NCBI GenBank assembly: GCA_964248365.1
Contig: CAXTYC010000006.1
Span: forward strand, 107,014-171,013
From: an uncultured Chroococcidiopsis sp.
GTDB taxonomy: Bacteria; Cyanobacteriota; Cyanobacteriia; Cyanobacteriales; Chroococcidiopsidaceae
Length of the DNA stretch: 64,000 nt
Direction of reading: 5' to 3'
Shown here: positions 43,337 through 53,129 of the stretch, one piece after another
How the letters are laid out: each line of letters begins with the position of its first letter
How positions within the stretch are numbered: the first letter of the stretch is position 1
Position numbers and translations under genes: made by a program
Notes under the pieces: generated by a model
Told to the model about the DNA's origin: nothing
Database searches by the model: none
The model's input: only the letters and a program-made list of their open reading frames with translations

Positions 43337-45760
43337 TCATCTTCTTACTCCATTTACAACAGGTCGCGCCTCAGAGTCAGAGAATGGATCGCTACTACCA
43401 CTCCAGTTGAAATCACTCAGTCGGAAGCTGATGGAACCGATTTCCTGTTGTGGGTTGTAGCGCAGGAAAACGCCGTAGGTGCGACGACTATATTCGACAA
43501 TGTAGTCGGTACTGAGGGTTTGGTTGTTATCTAAGTTGATCGCTGTTTGAATTCCTAGACGCAACCCACCGTAGATTTGCTGAGTTAATCCAAATGAAAC
43601 GATTCTTGTGTCAGCAGCACGATCAAACAAAAAAGGTGATATCCCACTGCGGATGCCTTCGGAATAACTGATACTAAAGCCTGTAAAGTCTAAAAAAGGG
43701 CGAGAGAAATGACCAAATTGCCCTCCTATTCCTACCGTGCCGATTAAAGTGGATTGGTTATCACCATTACTGTAAAAACCGCTTGTGCCAGTTACTCCGG
43801 CATAGGCTGCTACATAGGGAACTACTGGTGCTGGTGTATATTTTAGTCCTTGTGTTGCGGTAGCAGGTAAACCTTTTCCCTGCCATAGTGCAAAGCCGCG
43901 ACTAAGTGCAAAAGTGCCTTGAAAGCGACCTAAGGAAGTGCGATTGTTTTGGCGATCGCTAGGTAGTAATTCGGGGCGATCGGTTTCGGCGTTAATATAC
44001 TGATATCCTGCTTGATAGCTTAAGTTGATGCCAGTTTTACCCAGAGGAATGACGGGAGAGGTGAGGCTAGCACCAAGACTACTTTGAACAGTGCGATAGC
44101 CAAGGGTTCCGTTATATATGCGTTCGCGGTAGGTAGCCTCTAGAGCGGCTGTATGAGCGAAACGGCTCCCACCAACAAGCTGCTGTAGCCGTAGACTTGC
44201 TCGCAGGCTGTTTTCAATCTTACTAAAATCAAGACTGGTAAAATTCGCAAAACCTGTGATTGCTGTGCGTTGCCCTAAGTTACCTCTTAGGTTGCTTACC
44301 AAACCAAAAAGATCAGCGGGATTACCACTATTACCTGTCACAGCCTTTTGAACAAAAAACTGGGGTTTGATATTTAGTTGCACTGGCTCTGAATTAAAGA
44401 TTGAGAAGCCACGCTCAACAAATAATCCACCTCTGTCTTGACCGTCAAAGCCTACTTGGGCGATTGTGGGGCTAACATCCCGTTGTTGATTTCGGTCGAT
44501 GACTGCCTGATCGCGGGGAATTGGTATCGATAGCCCCTGGTCGAACACTAAACGCTGTCGTTTTGTGCGAATGCGATCCCGTCCAGGTGCTTCCCGCGTT
44601 AGCGTGACTGTATCTGCCCTTAACTCCAGTTCTGGCGGTGAGAATGGGTCGTTGGTAATGCGTACATCTTTGGCGATCCAGCCTTGGGGATAGAAATCTA
44701 TCGAATTGGCTTGAAAGCGTAGCCTTCTTACTGTTCCGCCTTGTTGCGCGTGGGGGATATTGCTGTTGCCGCTACCACCGAATGTCGCGTTAATTCCACC
44801 TGGACTAGTAACTTGTTGTAATGGTTGATTAGAAGAAAGGCGATCGCTTGGTGGTTGTCTCAATACGCCCCCAGCTGTTACATCAGTCGCTAAAGTATCA
44901 GAAAAATCTGATCCTGTTGTGGGTAAGAAAATGTCTCCTCTGCCACCTTCGATATCCCCACGATTTTGAACAATATTATAAGTAAACCGCTGACCCCGCA
45001 AAACCTGCTGTCCTCTCGTAAAGGCTACATTGCCCTCACCCACTGCAATCAAATTTGGCAAATTCACTTGCAGGCGATCGGCACCCAGGAAAGCATCGTC
45101 TATTCTTACCACGACGTTACCTTCAGCCGTGACGATCTGGCGTTGGACATCATACTCCTGGCGATCTGAATTAACTTCTACAATTCTTCTCCTACCTGGT
45201 GGAGTGCTAGGAGGCGTTGGCTGAGATTGTTGATTTGGTGGCACGGTTGTAGGTTGTTCCACCGTTGGGGCGCGAAAATCCAGTTCTACGGGTCGAGAAG
45301 AAGGCGACGGGGATGAATTATTTGAGTCTGTTGTAGGAGCTACTTGGCTAATTAACTGGTCAGTGGCGAGCAAAGAGCTATTAGGGGCGTGTGGTTTTTC
45401 TCCCCCAGCTCCCCCAGCTCCCCCAGATCCCCCTGCTCTATCCTGACGTGGGATCTCGAACGTGAGACTTGGTGCAGCGGCTTGATTCAAACCAATATCA
45501 GTCAAATTTGTGATTTCAAAGTCTGAGACTTGAATGCCCACTGCCATTTCCGAACCCAAAAATGCAGCGCTTTTAGCTGCACCCACATTTGCAGCAGCCT
45601 CTGGTGATTCGACGAGTGAGGATGAAGAGAGTGAATTGGTAGTTACTGACTGACTAACAATCAAAGGCTGATGTACTCTTTCTCCACGAGGGGCAAGAGT
45701 CTGAGGCGGTAAGTGTTGAATAATAGCAGGCGGTTCAGGCGGTGGGACTGAGTAAGTCAT
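43337..45760 (-). CDS. DUF3769 / LptD(OstA)-like outer-membrane protein
   Basis: DRQEYD...TAEGNV OstA-like region, ITNDPFSPPELELRA, beta-barrel-like C-terminus. Confidence 0.8.
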   Translation of the reverse strand: MTYSVPPPEPPAIIQHLPPQTLAPRGERVHQPLIVSQSVTTNSLSSSSLVESPEAAANVGAAKSAAFLGSEMAVGIQVSDFEITNLTDIGLNQAAAPSLTFEIPRQDRAGGSGGAGGAGGEKPHAPNSSLLATDQLISQVAPTTDSNNSSPSPSSRPVELDFRAPTVEQPTTVPPNQQSQPTPPSTPPGRRRIVEVNSDRQEYDVQRQIVTAEGNVVVRIDDAFLGADRLQVNLPNLIAVGEGNVAFTRGQQVLRGQRFTYNIVQNRGDIEGGRGDIFLPTTGSDFSDTLATDVTAGGVLRQPPSDRLSSNQPLQQVTSPGGINATFGGSGNSNIPHAQQGGTVRRLRFQANSIDFYPQGWIAKDVRITNDPFSPPELELRADTVTLTREAPGRDRIRTKRQRLVFDQGLSIPIPRDQAVIDRNQQRDVSPTIAQVGFDGQDRGGLFVERGFSIFNSEPVQLNIKPQFFVQKAVTGNSGNPADLFGLVSNLRGNLGQRTAITGFANFTSLDFSKIENSLRASLRLQQLVGGSRFAHTAALEATYRERIYNGTLGYRTVQSSLGASLTSPVIPLGKTGINLSYQAGYQYINAETDRPELLPSDRQNNRTSLGRFQGTFALSRGFALWQGKGLPATATQGLKYTPAPVVPYVAAYAGVTGTSGFYSNGDNQSTLIGTVGIGGQFGHFSRPFLDFTGFSISYSEGIRSGISPFLFDRAADTRIVSFGLTQQIYGGLRLGIQTAINLDNNQTLSTDYIVEYSRRTYGVFLRYNPQQEIGSISFRLSDFNWSGSSDPFSDSEARPVVNGVRR

Positions 45761-45932
45761 ATTTCAGCCTAAGTAGCGAATGAGCTGGTGCATTAACTCA
45801 AACCGCACTGGACAACCACTTTTTGCCCCAAGCGAGCGCGTTGGTTAGCCCAAACGCGCCTTACTTGCACTTGCTGTTTGTGGAAGCAAGAAAACCTTGG
45901 TCTTCCACTGTAAGATGTAGTTCAGTCGTTGC

Positions 45933-46049
45933 TTAATCGAGATCCCGACGACCGGGGTTACGAACTGGATCGTTTGACATAAAGCCAAAGAAGAATATAG
46001 CAACGAAGAAGCCAACGACGATGTATACAGCGATTTTGAGCGTCAGCAT
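45933..46049 (-). CDS. psbI: Photosystem II reaction centre protein I (38 aa, absent from the ORF track)
   Basis: Manual translation [45 protein letters not shown] upstream. Confidence 0.97.
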   Translation of the reverse strand: MLTLKIAVYIVVGFFVAIFFFGFMSNDPVRNPGRRDLD

Positions 46050-46479
46050 AAAGGGTATCTCCAAGCGGTATGAGAAGCTGAGGGGATCTGCAAATAAGTA
46101 CAGATAACTTTCTTATAATACCTAAATGTTGCTGGATTTGGGTTGCCCGTCAATAAATGGGGTTTCGGGTGGAGTTTCCAACCAAGATCGCTATCCTTAT
46201 CGCTTAAAATCCGATCCCAAACCGAACAGCAAGCAGGGTGAAGCAAGAAATGGAGACAAGTCAGAAGTAGGGGCGGACGATTCTCCCGTAAAGTAGGGGG
46301 CGCTCTTGTTGGGGGCTGGGGGCGTTTAACAGAGCAGGGTTCGCGCTTTGGGAGGCTAAGAATAATTCCAACTTCTGACTTCTGTCTCCTGACTCCAGTC
46401 TCCTGACTTCTGACTACTGACTACTCACTCTTAAGGTACAATCGCCATGAAATAGTCCCAACACCCAAACCCAGAATAC

Positions 46480-47664
46480 CTAATGTAGTAATTTAGAAGT
46501 GGATTTAGAAGCTCTTGCTCTAAGAGTGTCATAGGTATAGCCGTACTTCCTGAAATCCAAAGTGTCCGCAGCTGTAACAATATCATCTTTTGACAAAGCT
46601 GGTAATAAGGATAGCTGATCCCCTGAACCCTGATTTGCTGGAGTAGATTCACCCCCGTCCCAAGGCCACAGTCGGTCGTTGAGATTCTCTCCATAATGCC
46701 CACCTGCGGCAGGATAATAATTGCTACCTGCGTGTCCATCTGATTGCCATTCTGCCCAAAGGCGATCTACATTGGAATGAACCAGCCAGAATACTGGATC
46801 GTTGATAGAACTGGAAAGACTAGCCATTGTACCTAAAGGTTCGGGACGACCTAGGGCAGGGTCAAAAGTAGCCCCACCGACAAAGCCATGAAAATAGTTA
46901 TGCTGAAAGACACCAGGCGTTGGTTGTTGACCCTGGCTATCGAGTTTGATAAATCCTTCTAGGGCTATGCGAAAAGTGTCATAGTCGTCAACAGCAAGGA
47001 TTTGATCCACATCTGCTTGAGGAATTGGGTAAATATTGGTAGGAGGTACTTGCATAAAGCGTAAGAGCAACGTACCCAATGATTCCCCAGATGGTTTAAT
47101 ATGTAAGTCTGGGTTCAAAACCCATCCACTGGTGGCGGAAAAATGACCGCTCTGAACCGGACCCCCTTGAACAGTCCCTAAGTTTGGAATATTGAGGGTT
47201 ACTCCTTCACCATTTGGTCCGATAAAGTCGTCTTGAAAGATAACTTTCAATGCTTCAGGGTTTGTCCAATCCCAGTAGGGAAGCGTTACGTGTGGGTTAA
47301 CTGATTGCAACGCTTTTTCAAATCGGTGTATAAATTCACGATGCCACGGCAGCAGTATAGAACTTTCATGCGCTCCATCATGCCCTGCTGCTGGTCCTTG
47401 TGCCTCCTGCGACATTAGCCCCATTGCTGCAACGTGTTGGGCAACAAACTCGTCATAAATATTGGTTTTATGACCTGGTAGAACTGTGGTCTTTAGGGTC
47501 TTGACAGCTTGAACAAATTGTATTATCTCCTGGGGAGTCAGGTCAACAACGTTCTTTCTAACGGCACAATTGTCGGCTGCCCAAACTAAATTTCCAAATA
47601 TAATGATGGCAGCAGTTATACAAACAGCTAATAAATTTGTGACAGATTTACGGACACGTTTCAT
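46480..47664 (-). CDS. Tyrosinase-family type-3 copper protein with signal peptide
   Basis: VRKNVVDLT, CuA H...AHESSILLPWHR, PYWDW, CuB HNYFH...DPVFWLVHSNVD. Confidence 0.9.
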   Translation of the reverse strand: MKRVRKSVTNLLAVCITAAIIIFGNLVWAADNCAVRKNVVDLTPQEIIQFVQAVKTLKTTVLPGHKTNIYDEFVAQHVAAMGLMSQEAQGPAAGHDGAHESSILLPWHREFIHRFEKALQSVNPHVTLPYWDWTNPEALKVIFQDDFIGPNGEGVTLNIPNLGTVQGGPVQSGHFSATSGWVLNPDLHIKPSGESLGTLLLRFMQVPPTNIYPIPQADVDQILAVDDYDTFRIALEGFIKLDSQGQQPTPGVFQHNYFHGFVGGATFDPALGRPEPLGTMASLSSSINDPVFWLVHSNVDRLWAEWQSDGHAGSNYYPAAGGHYGENLNDRLWPWDGGESTPANQGSGDQLSLLPALSKDDIVTAADTLDFRKYGYTYDTLRARASKSTSKLLH

Positions 47665-47752
47665 TGTCTTATTTTGGCTCTGGTATCGTCCCGATTCCAG
47701 ATTCTCTTAGAAGCGCGTAGAAAAAACAAGTAACATTATTGACAAGATATTG

Positions 47753-48280
47753 ATGAATTTTGCTATTCTTTCCTCTACCTTGGTGCTAACTTTATTGATG
47801 TTGGTTGGGCTGTTTTTCTTCATTCGAGCGTCAACCAAAGACCGCACACAAGAAATTACACTGGTTTGGGAGCAATCCGAAGCTTCCTTGATGGCTGGGT
47901 TGCAACAGTATATGCAACAGCGTTCTTACAAGGTAGCTAGAATAGATGCAGAAAATAACTCTGTTACATTTGAAGGCTTTGTCAGACCAAGCGTTTTTCT
48001 AGCCGTTTTTCTCACAATGCTAGCCTTAGTGGGAATTCTTTGCCTAGTGCTAGTTTTGTCGCAACTTTTTCCTAGTAGCAGTGGGATTTTTCTAAGTTTG
48101 GTGTTGTTTTCGCCTGCTGCTGGTGTATTTTACTGGAAAAAAGCCGCTAGAAATGAACTCGTTTCGTTTAAACTAGAAAAGACAAACGACCAACAGCAGC
48201 GATCGCAACTTACCGTCATTGCTCATCGAGATGAACTAATTCAATTACAGCGATCGCTTCCTTTAAAATCTGCCCAATAA
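47753..48280 (+). CDS. ccb1: Cofactor assembly of complex C subunit B (CCB1, DUF3529)
   Basis: GLFFFIRASTKDR, FEGFVRPS, FYWKKA, AHRDEL. Confidence 0.85.
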   Translation: MNFAILSSTLVLTLLMLVGLFFFIRASTKDRTQEITLVWEQSEASLMAGLQQYMQQRSYKVARIDAENNSVTFEGFVRPSVFLAVFLTMLALVGILCLVLVLSQLFPSSSGIFLSLVLFSPAAGVFYWKKAARNELVSFKLEKTNDQQQRSQLTVIAHRDELIQLQRSLPLKSAQ

Positions 48281-48311
48281 TCCTACTTCAAATCCTTTCA
48301 ACAGCTTTGAA

Positions 48312-48363
48312 TCGCTGCAATAATATGAGAAAAGTCAATACTTCCCTCATATTATTGCAGCGA
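48312..48363. terminator. Perfect 18-bp inverted repeat between convergent genes
   Basis: TCGCTGCAATAATATGAG ... CTCATATTATTGCAGCGA. Confidence 0.6.
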
Positions 48364-48436
48364 CTGGCGTGAAAACTTGCGGATGGCTATAATGCCAACC
48401 ACTTTAATAATTCTCAACACCTATGCGATCAATTAC

Positions 48437-48748
48437 CTAATGTGCCGCCACAAGTTCCTTCTCTTGCGGGTTTTCTAACACCCGCAGACTGGGAAACAAG
48501 AAATGGTTTTCCTCGACATACTGCGCGCCAAAAAGTCCCTTCTCTGCCCAGAAATAACGGTCGGTTGTATGTTCGTTCCGTTTAACTAGTAGCAGTGCTG
48601 GTGGTAAAATACCTTCAGCTTGAATAAATTTCCGAGCAGCTGTCACAGGTTTTTCTTCGCCACTTTCGATGCTATATTGAGGCACATGCTCGAGGATGCG
48701 GCGTCCTTCCTGGCGACGACGACTTTTACGCTTCCGTCTCCTTGCCAA
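48437..48748 (-). CDS. DUF3155-family protein
   Basis: MARRRKRKSRRRQEGRRILE...FWAEKGLFGAQY. Confidence 0.85.
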   Translation of the reverse strand: MARRRKRKSRRRQEGRRILEHVPQYSIESGEEKPVTAARKFIQAEGILPPALLLVKRNEHTTDRYFWAEKGLFGAQYVEENHFLFPSLRVLENPQEKELVAAH

Positions 48749-49180
48749 CCTCTTTCCCTCCTCTGGTAGCTAAAATTTGTATTTATATTTACAAAATACG
48801 TCGCCAGTATATCGGTTTGAATTAAAAAAATCAACTTATGTTAAGCGTTTGATACAATTTTCAGTTTAAGATTGAAGGATAAGCTCAGTGGGGTGGTTTT
48901 TATTGAATTTTGTATTTTAATCCCCGACAAAATCACACAAATTGTAATTACTAACTTTAGAAATAAAAATATTAAACTTTTGTCTTGTAAAGTAGTAGAA
49001 CACAATAAGGGGAAAGGGGAAAGGGGAAAGGGAAAAGGAAAAAGGTGAAAGGGAAAAGGAGACCCACGACCCACGACAGGAGACAAAATATTTAATTCTT
49101 TCATCTCCCCTGATTCCCACTCTCCCCCTCTCCCCTTGTGCTGCTAGTTAGTACTTCTGTTTTAGAAATAATTGACGTTA

Positions 49181-50503
49181 ATGCCTGCCAGTTCTGAGTT
49201 TATTTCTTTATGTCGTTCGCAAATTGCCTTACTCACCCAAGGATTGGGCGCGGCATTAAGTGTTGTGTATTTAACAGAAAGACTGCTCGAGGAAGGAAAC
49301 GCAGGGGATAAGTTAATTCCAGTAGTAGCTTACCCAGAGACAGCAGGAATCTGGGAAGGATCGCCTCGTGCGGGAGCTATACTACCAGCAACAAAGGATA
49401 GAAATATACCTCGACTAACAGAAACACTATCCCAAAAGGCATCTACACCAGATTTATTGCTAGATACAGGGATAGATGGAATACCGCAGCAGTCAAATCA
49501 CTCTCTCACGCCAAGTAGGCAAATAGTTTTACCGCTGATGCATGAAGGAGTGTTGATGGGGTTGCTGGTGACAAGTAGGGAAGACAGAGCATGGAATGAG
49601 CAGGAGCGACATGAAATTGAAAGGGTGGCTGAAACTCTGACTTACGCTAGGCTATTAGATCAGCGGCAGAATTGGTTAGAGCAGAAGCTGAGTCAACAAC
49701 GGCGACTGCAAGCGCAGCAACGGGATTTGCTCGATAATTTATTGCACCAGTTTCGTAATCCTTTAACAGCTTTGCGGACGTTTGGCAAACTTCTCCTGAA
49801 GCGGTTGCTTCCAGGCGATGCTAACCGCGCCGTAGCAGATAATATTTTGCGAGAGAGCGATCGCTTAACTCAGTTGCTGCAACAATTTGATCGGGCAATA
49901 GATTTGACAGTAGAAGATTTAGACACAATCAAATCCCTGGGCGCACCATCTGTAATGGAGGCGACGGTTAAAACAGTAAGTCCACCACTGTCATTGTTAC
50001 CATCAGCTAGCAGCGATTTATTTGCCGTTGCTGATGTTTTAAAACCACTGTTGGCTTCAGGCGGGGCGATCGCACAGGAACGCAATTTAGATTTACAAAC
50101 AGATATTCCCTCCAACTTACCACCAGTGCGAGCAAACGCCAATCAATTACGCGAAGTACTGAGTAATCTAATTGATAACGCTTTGAAATACACACCCGCT
50201 GGAGGAAAAATTTACATTCAAGCTGGACTAGAGCAAGATAATTTACAGGGAATAGCGATCAGCGACACGGGAGTAGGAATTCCGCCGCAAGATTTAGAGC
50301 ATCTGTTTGAACGCCATTACCGAGGTGAAAAAGCTCTTTCAGAAATTCCAGGTACAGGTTTAGGATTAGCGATCGCCAAAGACTTAATCGAGCAAATGCA
50401 AGGTAAAATTGAAGTTTTCAGCCCAGCTATTTGGCATCCTGATTCAGCCAGTGGAGTTGGAACTACTTTTATTGTCTGGCTGCCACTAGCCACTGGTGGC
50501 TAG
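49181..50503 (+). CDS. GAF-domain sensor histidine kinase
   Basis: LLHQFRNPLTA, NLIDNALKYT, GTGLGLAIA. Confidence 0.92.
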   Translation: MPASSEFISLCRSQIALLTQGLGAALSVVYLTERLLEEGNAGDKLIPVVAYPETAGIWEGSPRAGAILPATKDRNIPRLTETLSQKASTPDLLLDTGIDGIPQQSNHSLTPSRQIVLPLMHEGVLMGLLVTSREDRAWNEQERHEIERVAETLTYARLLDQRQNWLEQKLSQQRRLQAQQRDLLDNLLHQFRNPLTALRTFGKLLLKRLLPGDANRAVADNILRESDRLTQLLQQFDRAIDLTVEDLDTIKSLGAPSVMEATVKTVSPPLSLLPSASSDLFAVADVLKPLLASGGAIAQERNLDLQTDIPSNLPPVRANANQLREVLSNLIDNALKYTPAGGKIYIQAGLEQDNLQGIAISDTGVGIPPQDLEHLFERHYRGEKALSEIPGTGLGLAIAKDLIEQMQGKIEVFSPAIWHPDSASGVGTTFIVWLPLATGG

Positions 50504-50632
50504 AAAAAAGCTGGGGGAGCTGGGTGAGCTGGGTGAGCTGAGGGGGTGGGTAATACCATATCCTTGCTTTCAAGTCAAGAAATTTGAATGCACTTTCTCC
50601 CTTTTGCCTCCTTTTGCCTCCTCTGCTCTCTT

Positions 50633-51538
50633 CTAGCCACTAGTTCCACTAGTCACTAGTTCCACTAGATAGCGTTGCATTAAACCAATTACCATTTCTG
50701 GGGTTTCGAGATGAGGGAGGACACCAGCACCTGCGATCGCATCAATTGCCCCGATTGCTTGTGGATTTAACTGGGCTAGCCGCCGCCCTAAATTTACGCT
50801 GGTAAACTGTGCTTGTTCTCCCCACAGCATGACTGTAGGTATGGTCAGTTGCGGTAGATATAAAGCTAGGTCAAAGTAAAGATCGCCGCGTAAAAAGGCA
50901 AGGGCGGCATATTCTGCATTGGGCTGTTGTGCGGAAGCTAGATAAGCCTGTACCATTTCTTCTGAGACACGTTCTGGTTTAGCAAACAGAAATCGCATGA
51001 GAAAATTGCGTACAGCAAGTTCATTTTCAGCCCCTAAAGCGTAAATTAAGCGATCTAATAGCGGCGTTGAAATTACCTGTAGCGGTAGTCTACGCCCCGC
51101 ACCTTGCCCAAAATCATCAAACCCAGATGGACAAACCAAAAACAGTGCTTGGAATAAATTTGGTTGTAGAATCGCAAGGCGAACGGTTAAAGCTGCTGTG
51201 AGAGAAGAAGCTACTACAATTGCTTTCGTCTGACAAGTTTGTTGAATAAACTCTGCTATTGTTTTGATATAGTCAGCAATTTGGTAATCGCGCACCGGAT
51301 GATCAGATTCTCCCCAACCGATTAAGTCAGGGGCTAACACTCGATAATTACTGGCAAAAGCGGGGTAAACTTTAGACCATTCGTAAGCCGAAGCACCACC
51401 GCCAAAGTTGTGCAGGAAGATTAGGGGTGATTCATGTACCCCTAACGGGGGTGCAGCTACTGGGGTATAGTAGACCATTGAACCCAATGAGGTGGCGATC
51501 GCACCTTTGACAAAACCAGGCGGTTGAAATTGAAGCAT
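50633..51538 (-). CDS. Alpha/beta-fold hydrolase
   Basis: FLHNFGGGAS, APDLIGWGESD, VASSL nucleophile elbow, LPHLE. Confidence 0.88.
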   Translation of the reverse strand: MLQFQPPGFVKGAIATSLGSMVYYTPVAAPPLGVHESPLIFLHNFGGGASAYEWSKVYPAFASNYRVLAPDLIGWGESDHPVRDYQIADYIKTIAEFIQQTCQTKAIVVASSLTAALTVRLAILQPNLFQALFLVCPSGFDDFGQGAGRRLPLQVISTPLLDRLIYALGAENELAVRNFLMRFLFAKPERVSEEMVQAYLASAQQPNAEYAALAFLRGDLYFDLALYLPQLTIPTVMLWGEQAQFTSVNLGRRLAQLNPQAIGAIDAIAGAGVLPHLETPEMVIGLMQRYLVELVTSGTSG

Positions 51539-51697
51539 CTTATAGCATTTTAGATTTTGGATTTTGGATTTTTGATTGTGAAACTCTTGTCGGTAAATAA
51601 TCTGTTGCCACTATAAATCCCTACGGTATTATGGGTAACAAACTAGCCAAAAGCTAGGTATAAAGAGAGTTAAGGCGTTGACAGTAAATTTTAGCTT

Positions 51698-53005
51698 CTA
51701 TCTTTCAATTTCTGCGATCGCTTTACCAACTCCCTCTGTTAACACCTCATGTCCTGTATCTGTAACCAAAACATCATCCTCAATCCTAATCCCTATACCA
51801 CTCCAACGCGGGTCGATTTCCGGCTGGTTTTCTGCTGGTTTGGTATCTGGCACAATATATAAACCTGGTTCTACTGTCAGAACTTGTCCTGGCTGCAAGA
51901 TTTGCGGTGATTCCCCGTGCTGATAAACTCCTACATCGTGGACATCTAACCCCAGCCAATGTCCAGTACGATGCATATAGAAAGGTTTGTATTTTTCCTC
52001 TTTGATTAAATCGTCGATTTGACCTTTGAGCAAACCGAGTTCGACTAAACCTTCTGTTAAGACACGCACTGCTGTATCATGAACAATATTGTAGGGATTG
52101 CCTGGTTTTACAGCGGCGATCGCCTGTAATTGCGCCTCTAACACAATCTCATACAATGCTTTCTGTTCTGGTGTAAACTTGCCTCCAACTGGGAATGTGC
52201 GGGTAATATCCGAGTTGTAATAACCATAAGCACAACCAGCATCAATTAACAGCAGTTCGTTATCCTGCATCTGCCGATTATTTTCTATGTAGTGCAAAAC
52301 GCAAGCATTTGCGCCAGATGCGACAATTGAGGGGTAGGCAGGTCCCATTCCACCCCGCAAACGAAATATCCTCTCCATCTCTGCTTGGATTTCATACTCA
52401 TACCGCCCTGGCTGTGCGATTTCTTGGGCATAGTTATGCGCCTCAACTGCTATATCAGCAGCAGTACGCATTAACTCTAATTCTGCTTGACTCTTTACCA
52501 ATCTCATGCTATGCAAGATTGGTCCAGTATCCTCGATCGCAATTGGTCCAGTTCCACGCTTGGCATATGTAGCCATCAAGCGCTGCCAGTATTTGAGAAG
52601 TTTATCATTAAAAGCGCGATCGCGTCCTAGATGATAGTAAATGCGATCGGCTTTTTCTATATAACCTGGCAGCTTTTCATCCAATTCGGCAATTGAGTAA
52701 GCCTCATCTGCACCAAAGATTTCTTTTGCTCCTTCCACTCCATAGCGGTAGCCTGTCCAAACTTCCTTCTCTGGTTCCTTGGGTTGGACAAACAGCACAA
52801 ACTTATGTTCTGGGTGGTGAGGCGCTAAAACCGCCACTGCTTCTGGTTCATTAAACCCAGTTAGGTAGAAGAAATCGCTATCTTGTCGAAAGGTATATTC
52901 GACATCATTATGCATAACTGCCATTGGCGCACTGCGAAAAATTGCAGTACCATTGCCAATTTTTGCCATCAATTGCTCACGACGCTGGCGGTACTCTGCT
53001 TGCAT
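51698..53005 (-). CDS. pepP: Xaa-Pro aminopeptidase (aminopeptidase P)
   Basis: FRQDSDFFYLTG, IDAG, SDITRT, HRTGHWLGLDVHD, TVEPG, IRIEDD. Confidence 0.95.
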   Translation of the reverse strand: MQAEYRQRREQLMAKIGNGTAIFRSAPMAVMHNDVEYTFRQDSDFFYLTGFNEPEAVAVLAPHHPEHKFVLFVQPKEPEKEVWTGYRYGVEGAKEIFGADEAYSIAELDEKLPGYIEKADRIYYHLGRDRAFNDKLLKYWQRLMATYAKRGTGPIAIEDTGPILHSMRLVKSQAELELMRTAADIAVEAHNYAQEIAQPGRYEYEIQAEMERIFRLRGGMGPAYPSIVASGANACVLHYIENNRQMQDNELLLIDAGCAYGYYNSDITRTFPVGGKFTPEQKALYEIVLEAQLQAIAAVKPGNPYNIVHDTAVRVLTEGLVELGLLKGQIDDLIKEEKYKPFYMHRTGHWLGLDVHDVGVYQHGESPQILQPGQVLTVEPGLYIVPDTKPAENQPEIDPRWSGIGIRIEDDVLVTDTGHEVLTEGVGKAIAEIER

Positions 53006-53129
53006 AGCTGCTTTGTTTATTATGCTTCAAATGTATTTTAGCCAGAACCTCTTCTGGAATGGTTTAATGCGCGATCGCCAAATCAAAAACTAGCACATCG
53101 GGTAATGGTGAGTTTTTCATAGTTCCGCG

